NCBI GenBank assembly: GCA_022841985.1
Contig: JALHQL010000002.1
Span: 4,211 to 68,210 of the forward strand
DNA from: Minisyncoccota bacterium
Lineage (GTDB): Bacteria; Patescibacteriota; Minisyncoccia; Phycocordibacterales; Phycocordibacteraceae
DNA length: 64,000 bases
Direction of reading: 5' to 3'
The position numbers and the translations under genes are program-made. This document shows positions 27,882-36,683 of the stretch, in pieces. Numbering within the stretch: the first letter of the stretch is position 1; the number at the start of each line of letters is the position of its first letter. The notes below the pieces were generated by a model. It saw nothing but the letters and a program-made list of their open reading frames with translations. It was not told where the DNA came from and ran no database searches.

Positions 27882-28481
27882 ATGTTTTCTGAAGAACAAT
27901 TTACGGCATTTGCGATTCTTGTGCCGAAATTTTCATTTCTTATCGCTTTCATTGCGCCTTTTGTTGGCGGCGAAGTCGCCGTTTCCATACTGGCATTTCT
28001 CGCCGGACAAGGCATATTCCCATTATGGAATATAATTGCAGGAAGTTTTTTTGGAATGATGCTTTTGGATTCTTTTTGGTTTATGGTTCCTCGTTCGCGG
28101 TGGGGTAAATATCTTAAGGAAAAAGCTCGTATATCGGACAAGTATCGAGCACTTGAAGGGCGCGTGGAATCTTTATCTCACGGAAGCGATATTCTCATCC
28201 TGCTGATTTCAAAGGTGCTCATTGGTACGCGGATTCTTATTCTCACGTATCTAGGCATTCGCAAGATATCTTTTGCGAGATTCCTCGCCTACAATAGCGT
28301 CGCCACTTTTGTTTGGGCTATGTTGCTCGGCTACATCGGGTGGTTTGCCGGGCTTGGGTACTATTCATTAGTCCACGCACAAAACCAATTGTTTGCCGGG
28401 ACTCTCTTCATAGTCAGTGTCGCAATCGCTTTTTACGGTATTTTATGGATAATACGACGATGGATAAACAACCGCGCATAA
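27882..28481 (+). CDS. DedA/TVP38-family membrane protein
   Basis: multi-TM 199-aa ORF with DedA-like PFVGGEVAVSILAFLAGQG. Confidence 0.65.
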   Translation: MFSEEQFTAFAILVPKFSFLIAFIAPFVGGEVAVSILAFLAGQGIFPLWNIIAGSFFGMMLLDSFWFMVPRSRWGKYLKEKARISDKYRALEGRVESLSHGSDILILLISKVLIGTRILILTYLGIRKISFARFLAYNSVATFVWAMLLGYIGWFAGLGYYSLVHAQNQLFAGTLFIVSVAIAFYGILWIIRRWINNRA

Positions 28482-29881
28482 AACGGGAATTTGTTTTTAT
28501 TCACGGCTACACGGGGGGTCCGACTGATTTTGCCGATTTGCCACAAGTTCTCGAGCGGGAATTTTCTGCGCACATATACCTACCGCTTCTTCCCGGTCAT
28601 GGTACCTCCGTTGAGAATCTGATTGGGCGTTCGCTTAGCGAGCTTATTGGAGACATAGACCAGCACATTAAGAAGTCACTAGAGGAAGGAACGGAAGTTG
28701 TACTGGTCGGACTCTCCGTGGGCGCGCAAGTGGCACTCTATTTTGCCTCGCGTTATCCCATCGCGGGTGTTATTGCCATAGGAACAACGCATTGGCTCAA
28801 GTTCCCATTCAATCTGCCGGGGCTTTCTCTCATCGCTCGAACTAGACCTTCATGGAAAAAACTTCTCACCTCTGAAGAATTACTCTATCGGGGGAAAGCG
28901 ATTTTTTACGAAAGAATGCCGTCAAGAGGTCTCCATATTTCTAAAGAATTACGAGCACTCGTGGAAAAGGGTGTACAACACATACAATCACCAGTGCTGT
29001 TTATTCATTCCATGTACGAACGTATCGGCGATTTGCGCGCACTTTCTTATTTGCGTCGCATCATCCCTGCGCGGGTCGATATACAGTTTTTCCAGAATGG
29101 GGATCACAGCATTTTCTTCTCTGAGATGAAGAATGACGTTGTACGTAGCGTTGTTTCATTTGTTCGCAAAGAACATTTTTTTACTTCGGAAAAACGAGAG
29201 CAAAGAGAAGCGGAGAAAGCGAGTGCGATCATTCCGGCCTTTAACGAAGCCGAGCGTATTGGTGCAGTTATTCGAGCACTTAAACGCACACCTTCAGTGG
29301 GAGAGATCATCGTCGTTGATGATGGTTCGAGCGATGGTACTGCCATTACTGCGAAGAAAGAAGGAGGTGTCACCGTTCTTATAAACGAGCACAACCTCGG
29401 CAAAGCGGCTAGTATGGAACGCGGTGTAAAAGAGGCCAAGCATGATGTGATTTTTTTCTGTGATGCCGATCTTATCGGCTTCACGTCGGAACATGCTGAA
29501 GCTATCGTGCGTCCGGTCATCGACGGGTCATACGACATGTTCATCGGGATGCGAGGGAACTTCATGCAGCGAGCAGTACGATCCTGGGGACTCAATTCCG
29601 GCGAACGAGCATTGAGAAAGACGGTCTGGTACTGTCTTCCGGAATACTACAAGCACCGCTATCGCATTGAAGTGGGGCTTAACTATTATGTCAAGAATTA
29701 CACGCACAATGGCTTCAACTGGAGAATGTTCGACTATACTCAGCCGATTAAGGAATCGAAATACGGCGTAGTACGCGGTACAATCTTGCGCTGGTCTATG
29801 AATTTCGATGTTCTATGTGCTTATGTGAGTTCTCCGTTTATGCACAGCCGTCTCATTCGATCAAAGGGAAATAAGGGGTGA
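28445..29881 (+). CDS. fusion protein: N-terminal alpha/beta-hydrolase (esterase-like) and C-terminal family-2 glycosyltransferase
   Basis: N-domain FVFIHGYTGGP and nucleophile elbow GLSVGA; C-domain IIPAFNEAERI...IIVVDDGSSDGT...FFCDADL (GT2 DxD); start taken at MDNTT (28445), 28460 possible. Confidence 0.65.
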   Translation: MDNTTMDKQPRIKREFVFIHGYTGGPTDFADLPQVLEREFSAHIYLPLLPGHGTSVENLIGRSLSELIGDIDQHIKKSLEEGTEVVLVGLSVGAQVALYFASRYPIAGVIAIGTTHWLKFPFNLPGLSLIARTRPSWKKLLTSEELLYRGKAIFYERMPSRGLHISKELRALVEKGVQHIQSPVLFIHSMYERIGDLRALSYLRRIIPARVDIQFFQNGDHSIFFSEMKNDVVRSVVSFVRKEHFFTSEKREQREAEKASAIIPAFNEAERIGAVIRALKRTPSVGEIIVVDDGSSDGTAITAKKEGGVTVLINEHNLGKAASMERGVKEAKHDVIFFCDADLIGFTSEHAEAIVRPVIDGSYDMFIGMRGNFMQRAVRSWGLNSGERALRKTVWYCLPEYYKHRYRIEVGLNYYVKNYTHNGFNWRMFDYTQPIKESKYGVVRGTILRWSMNFDVLCAYVSSPFMHSRLIRSKGNKG

Positions 29882-29950
29882 TGCGGTGTACATCTGTGCA
29901 AGAGATGTCATTTTTTGCATACTAACATAAGAGGCGTATAATAGCGGGGT

Positions 29951-31030
29951 ATGGCAAAGGATTACTACAATGTGCTCGGTGTCGACAAGAAGGCGAGCCA
30001 GGACGAAATCAAGAAGGCGTTCCGTAAACTCGCACACAAATACCATCCCGACAAGGGTGGTACGGACGAGTCGAAATTTAAAGAAATCACTGAGGCATAC
30101 TCGATCCTGAGTGACGATAAAAAACGTCGCGAATACGACACCTACGGACAGACTTCCTCGAGCGGTGGGCAAGGAGGCGCCCAAGGGTTTGGCGGGTTTG
30201 ACTTCAACGGATTTCAACAGGGCTTTGGGCAAGGAGGCGCAGAATTTGATTTCGGCGACATCTTTGGAGAGATGTTCAGTAGCGGGCGCGGAGCCCAGAA
30301 TCGCACACCGCGCGGCCGCGACATCTCCATCGACATCGAAATACCATTCAAAGATGCAGTGTTCGGTACAACTCGCACAATACTCTTGGCGAAAGTTTCA
30401 ACATGCAATCTGTGTCGCGGCACCGGTGCAAAACTGGGCACTGAGCTTAATACGTGTAAGACTTGTAACGGCAGCGGCCGCGTCCATGAGGCGCGCAATT
30501 CCATTCTCGGGCAATTCACTTCTGTGCGCACCTGTACCGCCTGCGACGGCAGCGGGAAAATTCCGAAGGAGAAGTGTTCGGAGTGCAAAGGACATGGCGT
30601 CCATCGAAAAGAAGAGGAGATTAAGATCAACATTCCTGCCGGTATCGATAATGGCGAAATGATACGCATGCCGCAGCAAGGCGAAGCAATCAAAACGGGC
30701 ATTGCAGGCGATCTCTACGTAAAGATGCATGTGAAGCCACACACAATCTTTCGCCGTGATGGATCAAATCTCATTATGAATTTGTCAGTAAAGCTTACCG
30801 ACTCTATTCTCGGCACTGTTGTTCCTGTCGAGACCCTAGAAGGGAAGATTCTTGAGGTAAAGGTTCCGCCTATGAAACGCGCAGAGGAACATTTGCGCGT
30901 CGCAGGCAAGGGTATTCCCGTCGAGGGCGGCCGCGGCGACCTAATCATTCGTCTTGAAGTTGCATTCCCTCACAAACTCTCCGGGAAAGCCAAAAAAGCT
31001 ATAGAAGAACTGCAGTCTGAAGGGCTCTAG
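29951..31030 (+). CDS. dnaJ: molecular chaperone DnaJ
   Basis: J-domain with HPD (KYHPDK), G/F-rich linker, four CxxCxGxG zinc-finger repeats. Confidence 0.9.
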   Translation: MAKDYYNVLGVDKKASQDEIKKAFRKLAHKYHPDKGGTDESKFKEITEAYSILSDDKKRREYDTYGQTSSSGGQGGAQGFGGFDFNGFQQGFGQGGAEFDFGDIFGEMFSSGRGAQNRTPRGRDISIDIEIPFKDAVFGTTRTILLAKVSTCNLCRGTGAKLGTELNTCKTCNGSGRVHEARNSILGQFTSVRTCTACDGSGKIPKEKCSECKGHGVHRKEEEIKINIPAGIDNGEMIRMPQQGEAIKTGIAGDLYVKMHVKPHTIFRRDGSNLIMNLSVKLTDSILGTVVPVETLEGKILEVKVPPMKRAEEHLRVAGKGIPVEGGRGDLIIRLEVAFPHKLSGKAKKAIEELQSEGL

Positions 31031-31164
31031 AGCTCATCCTTGAGTAGCATTAGTAAATTCGTCAAACATATGGTTTGATCTGCCTAGAGGCTCTTCTTTC
31101 ATGGGATGCCGCTGAAATAAGCCGCATCTATATATACTATACATCTCACTCAAAGGAGCATGTT

Positions 31165-31557
31165 ATGCAACTCGACCAAACGATCCGAGTCCGATACATC
31201 AAAGCCGTAGAAAATCTCCTAGCTGAAACCCTGGCTCTCGACGAAAAAGAATTTGCTGTTCAAGAAAAGATATGGTCCCAATTAGTGACGACAAACAACA
31301 CCGACCAGCCGTACTGGCAAAAATTCCTTGAGACCGGGGTGCGCGATGGCTATCTCGCACGATGGATTTCAATCCTGCTTGCACCGAGCGAGACCCTCAG
31401 GCCGTATGCATGGCCCACAGACATTACGATACCCAAGCAAACTGCGGAAGATCTTTTAACCGTTCTGGATGGTAGAGAAAATGCAACCAGGCTCAAAGAG
31501 TTCATGACAAGACTCTGCGAGCTCAACGCCTCCTTCGACATGACGCACGCATGGTAG
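31165..31557 (+). CDS. hypothetical protein (130 aa)
   Basis: ATG at 31165 preceded by AAAGGAG; followed by a terminator; no motif recognised. Confidence 0.4.
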   Translation: MQLDQTIRVRYIKAVENLLAETLALDEKEFAVQEKIWSQLVTTNNTDQPYWQKFLETGVRDGYLARWISILLAPSETLRPYAWPTDITIPKQTAEDLLTVLDGRENATRLKEFMTRLCELNASFDMTHAW

Positions 31558-31571
31558 GGAGTCACCTATAC

Positions 31572-31610
31572 AGCTCCGACTGCTTCTGCAGTCGGAGCTC
31601 CTTCTTTTTC
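31572..31610 (+). terminator. intrinsic terminator
   Basis: AGCTCCGACTGC-ttct-GCAGTCGGAGCT then CCTTCTTTTTC. Confidence 0.7.
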
Positions 31611-31638
31611 ATTTCTGCCGTACTGTATACTATCCATA

Positions 31639-32163
31639 ATGAATGTCGTTACTGAAGGCGTCACCCAAGTAAGCACGCTTGCAACCAACACTGCAATGAC
31701 TGTATGGGGCGGTCTAGGTGATTTTTTGATTGTCCTAGTTCTTCTCTCACTTTTCTTTGTCTTCGCTTATTACTCTGGTCGCGGCCCGTTTGTTGCACTC
31801 CTGCTTTCATTCTATTGCGCATACGCGCTCTACGCCATGTTCCCCTACACATCGCTTCTGCCAACCGCGCCAGCGACAACCGCACTTTTCGCACATATCG
31901 GCCTCTATACTGCATTCTGTATTGTGTTCTATATCATTCTCCGGCGCGTAGTGGTGTCTGATTTTCTCTATGTGGGCCTGTTCGGACTTTTGATTCTCTC
32001 TTTCCTCGGCGCCACCTTCCTTATAGCTCTCGCGTACCACATGTTCCCAATCTCTTCGATCTACACTTTCACCCCGGCAATGGATATTCTTTTTGCTGCA
32101 AAAACCTATTTCTTCTGGTGGTTCACCGCCCCTGCCATTGGGCTCTTTTTCCTCGCCCGATAG
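31639..32163 (+). CDS. hypothetical polytopic membrane protein (174 aa)
   Basis: about 5 hydrophobic helices; no family recognised. Confidence 0.4.
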   Translation: MNVVTEGVTQVSTLATNTAMTVWGGLGDFLIVLVLLSLFFVFAYYSGRGPFVALLLSFYCAYALYAMFPYTSLLPTAPATTALFAHIGLYTAFCIVFYIILRRVVVSDFLYVGLFGLLILSFLGATFLIALAYHMFPISSIYTFTPAMDILFAAKTYFFWWFTAPAIGLFFLAR

Positions 32164-32178
32164 TGGTATAGTCTCTCC

Positions 32179-33432
32179 ATGACTCTTGCTGACGAATTGA
32201 AAGCGCGTGGACTTATTGAGCACTCTTCCGCTACTCCTGAAGAAATATTTTCTTCACCACGCACAGTATATGTAGGCGCTGATCCTACCGCAGACTCTCT
32301 CCACGTCGGCCACCTCGCATTAGTACTTTTCATGAAGCGTCTTGGTGATGCAGGAAACAAACTCATCTTTCTTGTTGGCGGTGGCACCGGCCAGATCGGT
32401 GACCCGAAAGAAAAGGGGGAGCGACCCATGCTTACAGAGGAAACTGTAGATACTAATACCCGAGCACTTAAATCCCAGTTAAAAAAACTGCTCGGCGAAA
32501 CTTCTTTTACCATGGTCGACAATGCTGATTGGCTTATGCAAGTAAAACTTGTCCCATTCCTTCGCGACATAGGAAAGCACTTCACCGTAAATGACCTGAC
32601 CAAGCGTGACATCATAAAAAAGCGTCTCGACACGCCAGACGAGAGTATCTCGTATACAGAATTTTCGTACTCTCTGCTGCAAGGCTTTGATTATTTAACC
32701 TTGCATCAGAAGCATGGAGCTGATCTTCAGATCGGCGGGTCGGACCAGTGGACCAACATCCTTTCAGGCGTCGACCTTATTCGAAAGAAAGAGGGTAAAC
32801 AAGTATTTGCTATCGGCATGCCGCTTGTAACCGATGCTTCGGGAAAGAAATTCGGCAAGAGCGAGGGCAATGCCGTATGGCTTGATCCAGAAAAGACTTC
32901 GCCATTTCAGTTCTATCAGTTCTGGATACATCTCCCGGATGAAGGACTTGAGACCTATCTTAAAGCCTATACATTTCTCCCGCTTAACGAAATCGACTCG
33001 CTCATGGAAAAACATCGTCAGAATCCTGGAGATCGAGAGGCGCAGGAAACACTCGCCCGACTTGTGACCGAGATAGTGCATGGACCAGCCGCCACAGCAC
33101 AGGCTGCTGCCACAACTGACGCACTCTTCGGTGATACCCCATTTACCGAGCTCTCGCGCGACGCACTCGCGGTGGCGCTAGCAGAAGCGCCCTCAGTCAC
33201 TCTTGGAGCAAACGACCTTGATGGCGGATATTCTCTTGCCGAAGCACTTGTCGCAGGAGGCCTTGCGACTTCAAAATCAGAAGCTCGCCGTCTTATAGAA
33301 GGGAAGGGTATCACACTCTCAGGACAAACTATCGAAAACCCCGATCAGAAAATTTTCCCGGGTGACCTATCACACGGCTTTGCGCTTATACGAAAAGGAA
33401 AGAGAGGAGTGCTCATTTTGGTTCTGAAATAA
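32179..33432 (+). CDS. tyrS: tyrosyl-tRNA synthetase
   Basis: HIGH-type LHVGHL, KMSKS-type KFGKS, C-terminal S4-like domain. Confidence 0.9.
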   Translation: MTLADELKARGLIEHSSATPEEIFSSPRTVYVGADPTADSLHVGHLALVLFMKRLGDAGNKLIFLVGGGTGQIGDPKEKGERPMLTEETVDTNTRALKSQLKKLLGETSFTMVDNADWLMQVKLVPFLRDIGKHFTVNDLTKRDIIKKRLDTPDESISYTEFSYSLLQGFDYLTLHQKHGADLQIGGSDQWTNILSGVDLIRKKEGKQVFAIGMPLVTDASGKKFGKSEGNAVWLDPEKTSPFQFYQFWIHLPDEGLETYLKAYTFLPLNEIDSLMEKHRQNPGDREAQETLARLVTEIVHGPAATAQAAATTDALFGDTPFTELSRDALAVALAEAPSVTLGANDLDGGYSLAEALVAGGLATSKSEARRLIEGKGITLSGQTIENPDQKIFPGDLSHGFALIRKGKRGVLILVLK

Positions 33433-33440
33433 AAAGGAAA

Positions 33441-33470
33441 GGCCAGCTTGCGATTATCGCAAAACTGGCC
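33441..33470. terminator. strong nested hairpin GGCCAG-c-TTGCGAT-t-ATCGCAA-aa-CTGGCC, 9 nt after the tyrS stop; the U-tract is on the minus-strand side
   Basis: read directly; on the minus strand it is followed by TTTCCTTTTTATTTC. Confidence 0.4.
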
Positions 33471-33801
33471 ATCGAACGTACTCATAGGTGAACCTGCGGC
33501 TGCGCCAAAAGCTGTTGAAGCTTGTTTCCTTTTGGAGCATTCGGACACTTTCCTTGTGGGTCTACACCAGTCGGCCCCCCGAAACCCCGTGAATCTTTCC
33601 AACATCCGCATCTGTAGATGCAGAAGATAGTAGCGCCCTCCTTCATCCTGACGCCAGGAACCCTGCGATATTGATGACCACCACACGTTTCGAGCATCTG
33701 GACCTCCTTTCCCATAAATAATAAAGAACGGCATCGATTCCTAAGGAGGCACTTTACAGTAAAATATCATACACGTCAATAATCCCCACTGGGAAAAAGT
33801 T

Positions 33802-33829
33802 TTGAAATAAAGCCCAAATCCGCTATAGT
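33802..33829 (+). promoter_or_regulatory. sigma70-like promoter for tRNA-Tyr (TTGAAA -16- TATAGT)
   Basis: TTGAAA 33802..33807, TATAGT 33824..33829, 9 nt before the tRNA 5' end. Confidence 0.4.
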
Positions 33830-33838
33830 GACTCTATT

Positions 33839-33922
33839 GCGTCGGTGGCGGAGTGGTCAATCGCAACAGGCTGTAAACCTGTCGGACATAGTCCTACGGA
33901 GGTTCGAATCCTCCCCGACGCA
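33839..33922 (+). tRNA. tRNA-Tyr (anticodon GTA), long variable arm, CCA not encoded
   Basis: GCGTCGG...CAGG CTGTAAA CCTG, long variable arm TCGGACATAGTCCTAC, T-arm GGAGGTTCGAATCCTCC, acceptor 3' strand CCGACGC + A. Confidence 0.85.
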
Positions 33923-33950
33923 CTTAAAATTTCTGTGGTATCGTAGTCAC

Positions 33951-34910
33951 ATGTTCAACTCAAAACCAGTTCTTGTCTCCGGTATAAAGCCAACTGGAGA
34001 TCTTCATATCGGTAATTATTTTGGCGCGATGCGTCAATTCGTGGAACTCACGAGGACAGGGAAATATCAACCATTTATTTTTATTGCTGATTACCATGCG
34101 CTGAACACAATGCAAGACGCAGAGGAAATGCGCCGACGGACCCGCGAGCTCGTAATGGCATATCTTGCAATCGGCCTTGATCCGAAAGAAGTTGTTTTTT
34201 TCAAACAATCAGACGTGCCAGCGCACACCGAGCTCTGCTGGATCTTCGACACCATCACGACGATGCCATACCTCATGCGCGCACATGCCTACAAAGACGC
34301 CGAAGTGAAAAATAAAGAAATAACTATCGGGACGTTCAATTACCCGATGCTAATGGCAGCTGACATCCTGCTCTACGATGCAGCAATTGTGCCGGTAGGA
34401 CAAGACCAGAAACAGCATATCGAGTATGCACGCGATACTGCCGAGAAATTCAACCGCATATATAAAACAGACATTTTGAAACTCCCCGAGCCATACATCA
34501 TGCCGGGAGTTGCGGTCGTCCCTGGTATTGACGGACAAAAGATGAGCAAAAGCTACGGAAACGTCATTCCGCTTTTTGCTTCACACGATGAGCTCGCAAA
34601 ATGTGTCATGAACATTGTTACCGACTCTTCTGGTGACCGCCCGGAAAATGTATACCAGATACATCGGCTCGTTCGAAGCGAAGCAGAGCTTGCGCCACTC
34701 TACGAAGAACATCGCGGCAAATATAAAATACTCAAAGAGCTCCTTATTGAGGACCTCGACCGATATCTTGCCCCGATGCGCGCACAGTATGAAGAACTGC
34801 AGAAAGACCCGGGTATCGTGGACGACATTCTTGCAAAAGGGAAGAATACCGCACGTGCAATAAGCGAAATAAAAATGGAGCAGGTGCGCACAACGATCGG
34901 CGTCGCATAA
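33951..34910 (+). CDS. trpS: tryptophanyl-tRNA synthetase
   Basis: GIKPTGDLHIGNY, KMSKSYGN; the ORF-track start at 33828 runs through tRNA-Tyr, so the true start is ATG at 33951. Confidence 0.9.
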   Translation: MFNSKPVLVSGIKPTGDLHIGNYFGAMRQFVELTRTGKYQPFIFIADYHALNTMQDAEEMRRRTRELVMAYLAIGLDPKEVVFFKQSDVPAHTELCWIFDTITTMPYLMRAHAYKDAEVKNKEITIGTFNYPMLMAADILLYDAAIVPVGQDQKQHIEYARDTAEKFNRIYKTDILKLPEPYIMPGVAVVPGIDGQKMSKSYGNVIPLFASHDELAKCVMNIVTDSSGDRPENVYQIHRLVRSEAELAPLYEEHRGKYKILKELLIEDLDRYLAPMRAQYEELQKDPGIVDDILAKGKNTARAISEIKMEQVRTTIGVA

Positions 34911-34987
34911 TCCATTGATTATTCTTGAGAAACTGAGAGTATTGCTACCGGATATTGTTCATACCTATAAGAAGGAGGCGCCCTGTG

Positions 34988-35500
34988 AAGAGTGTCACTA
35001 AGCACTACTTAGGTCATCAGGAATTCGAAATCTGGAGGTCTGTGCTATTGGGCATGTACAGCGATGCGGACGAATTGCTAGCAGCACTGAAATCTGAACG
35101 GTGCGCTATAAGTGCCGAAGCAATGCAAATCATGAAGGGGCAAGACTTCACGTTTACCCGCTATAAATCAGTAGCCAAGCTCGTCATAACATCGGCACGA
35201 CAACTTGGTCTTGAAGGACGAGTGTGCTACGGAGAAATTTTTGTGGAAGGTGTCATACGAGGACTACGGCCTTGCCCAACTGAACTTGCAGCACAAATTC
35301 GTCATCAATACAAGAACCAGCCGGAAGGCGAATTACTCCGTGTTATATCGTGTAGTAGATTGCTTGACCCTTACGGAAGGGCCTCTATCTTTACCTTATC
35401 GCAGCACGAGGGAACCTCCTTTCTAGATGTGTATATAGCAACACCTAACACGGTAATAGGAATTGACGATACCTATGTTTGGGTCCATTCCCCTATATAA
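34988..35500 (+). CDS. hypothetical protein (about 170 aa, Cys/Arg-rich)
   Basis: GTG at 34988 lies 5 nt after AAGGAGG; the ORF track gives 34955; followed by a terminator; no family recognised. Confidence 0.4.
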   Translation, partial: KSVTKHYLGHQEFEIWRSVLLGMYSDADELLAALKSERCAISAEAMQIMKGQDFTFTRYKSVAKLVITSARQLGLEGRVCYGEIFVEGVIRGLRPCPTELAAQIRHQYKNQPEGELLRVISCSRLLDPYGRASIFTLSQHEGTSFLDVYIATPNTVIGIDDTYVWVHSPI

Positions 35501-35509
35501 CTTTTAGTT

Positions 35510-35547
35510 ACGGCCGGAATCTTGATTCGAGATTCCGGCCGTTTATT
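35510..35547 (+). terminator. intrinsic terminator
   Basis: ACGGCCGGAATC-ttgattcg-AGATTCCGGCCGT then TTATT. Confidence 0.65.
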
Positions 35548-35555
35548 GATGTATA

Positions 35556-35583
35556 TTGACTTTCTCTAAGTAAATGATATCAT
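35556..35583 (+). promoter_or_regulatory. sigma70-like promoter (TTGACT -16- TATCAT) upstream of the M19 dipeptidase gene
   Basis: TTGACT 35556..35561, TATCAT 35578..35583. Confidence 0.4.
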
Positions 35584-35654
35584 TTCTGAAGATTCAGCTA
35601 TCTGGAATTGTTGTTTACATCTGAAATTCTTAACTCAAAACCCAGGAGGTCTCG

Positions 35655-36629
35655 ATGGGAAATGAACGGTTTCGAGCAGATTCGTTAGGCTTTGCTCAAG
35701 AACAGGGCCAGCACCCCGTATTCACCAGGCGCCCAGGAGTATCGCTTATCCACCTTACCACCGCAAGGCCGTTTGTATCTGACTTTGATCAGACACTAGA
35801 CGAGCACAAAAAGTTTCTATCGACTGCGAAACTCAATCCGAATCTGCGTATCGTACTTACAAGAGAAGATCTTGCGACACTGCCTGCTGACGCTATCGGT
35901 CTACTGCTTGGAATACAGCATGCGCCCGCAAACATGAACCTTGAGCGTATGCTCAGGCTGAAGGACCTAGGACTTCGGGTAGTGTCTATCGCATATTCCG
36001 GCTCAAACGAGTACGGACACGGGTACGCAGAAGACGGCGGATTGACCCGAAGAGGAGAGGATCTACTTATCGACATAACCCAATGCGGGATGATTCTTGA
36101 CTTGTCTCATGCGAACAATCAGACCGCTTCCGAGGCTCTCAACTTTATAAAAAACGAGGAGCTTTGCACACAGGTCATGGCGAGTCATTCTGGATGCAAC
36201 TCGGTGTACAGACACCGTCGCAACCTTTCTGACTATGTCTTGAAAGGAATCGCTGATATGAGTGGGTATGTCGGCATACCTCTCATCACATTCCTTCTCG
36301 GAGAAGAGGGTTCGGATCCGTACAGGCAGCTAGTGAGCCATGCCCGACACGCCCGATTGATGATTGGAGTGGGTAATGTCGGAATCGGTTCGGACTGCAT
36401 GCACCAAGACAGGACCATGCTCGAGGCAGAGGAGCATTATAAAAAAATGCTCCGCATGTTTCCTTTTGATCCGAAACTCCGTATGCGATTCCCAGATCGC
36501 CCGGAAGGAATTATCGAGAGAGGAAGCGTTCTGTTCGATGTTCTGGAAGAAAAACTTGGGCGCAATGACGAGTTTTTTGGAAAGAATTTCAGAAATTTCT
36601 TATTACGCGCATTACCTGAAGCACAGTAA
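35655..36629 (+). CDS. membrane dipeptidase (peptidase family M19, renal-dipeptidase-like)
   Basis: LDLSHANNQTASEAL, ASHSG, GIGSD motifs; strong AGGAGG RBS. Confidence 0.65.
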   Translation: MGNERFRADSLGFAQEQGQHPVFTRRPGVSLIHLTTARPFVSDFDQTLDEHKKFLSTAKLNPNLRIVLTREDLATLPADAIGLLLGIQHAPANMNLERMLRLKDLGLRVVSIAYSGSNEYGHGYAEDGGLTRRGEDLLIDITQCGMILDLSHANNQTASEALNFIKNEELCTQVMASHSGCNSVYRHRRNLSDYVLKGIADMSGYVGIPLITFLLGEEGSDPYRQLVSHARHARLMIGVGNVGIGSDCMHQDRTMLEAEEHYKKMLRMFPFDPKLRMRFPDRPEGIIERGSVLFDVLEEKLGRNDEFFGKNFRNFLLRALPEAQ

Positions 36630-36683
36630 AAAGAAAGAAACACCCCGCGATTTTATCGCGGGGTGTGCTATTTTATACGTTAT

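Noticed and set aside
33828-33950. N-terminal extension of the trpS ORF
   Set aside because: The extension is the tRNA-Tyr gene translated. The real start is the ATG at 33951.
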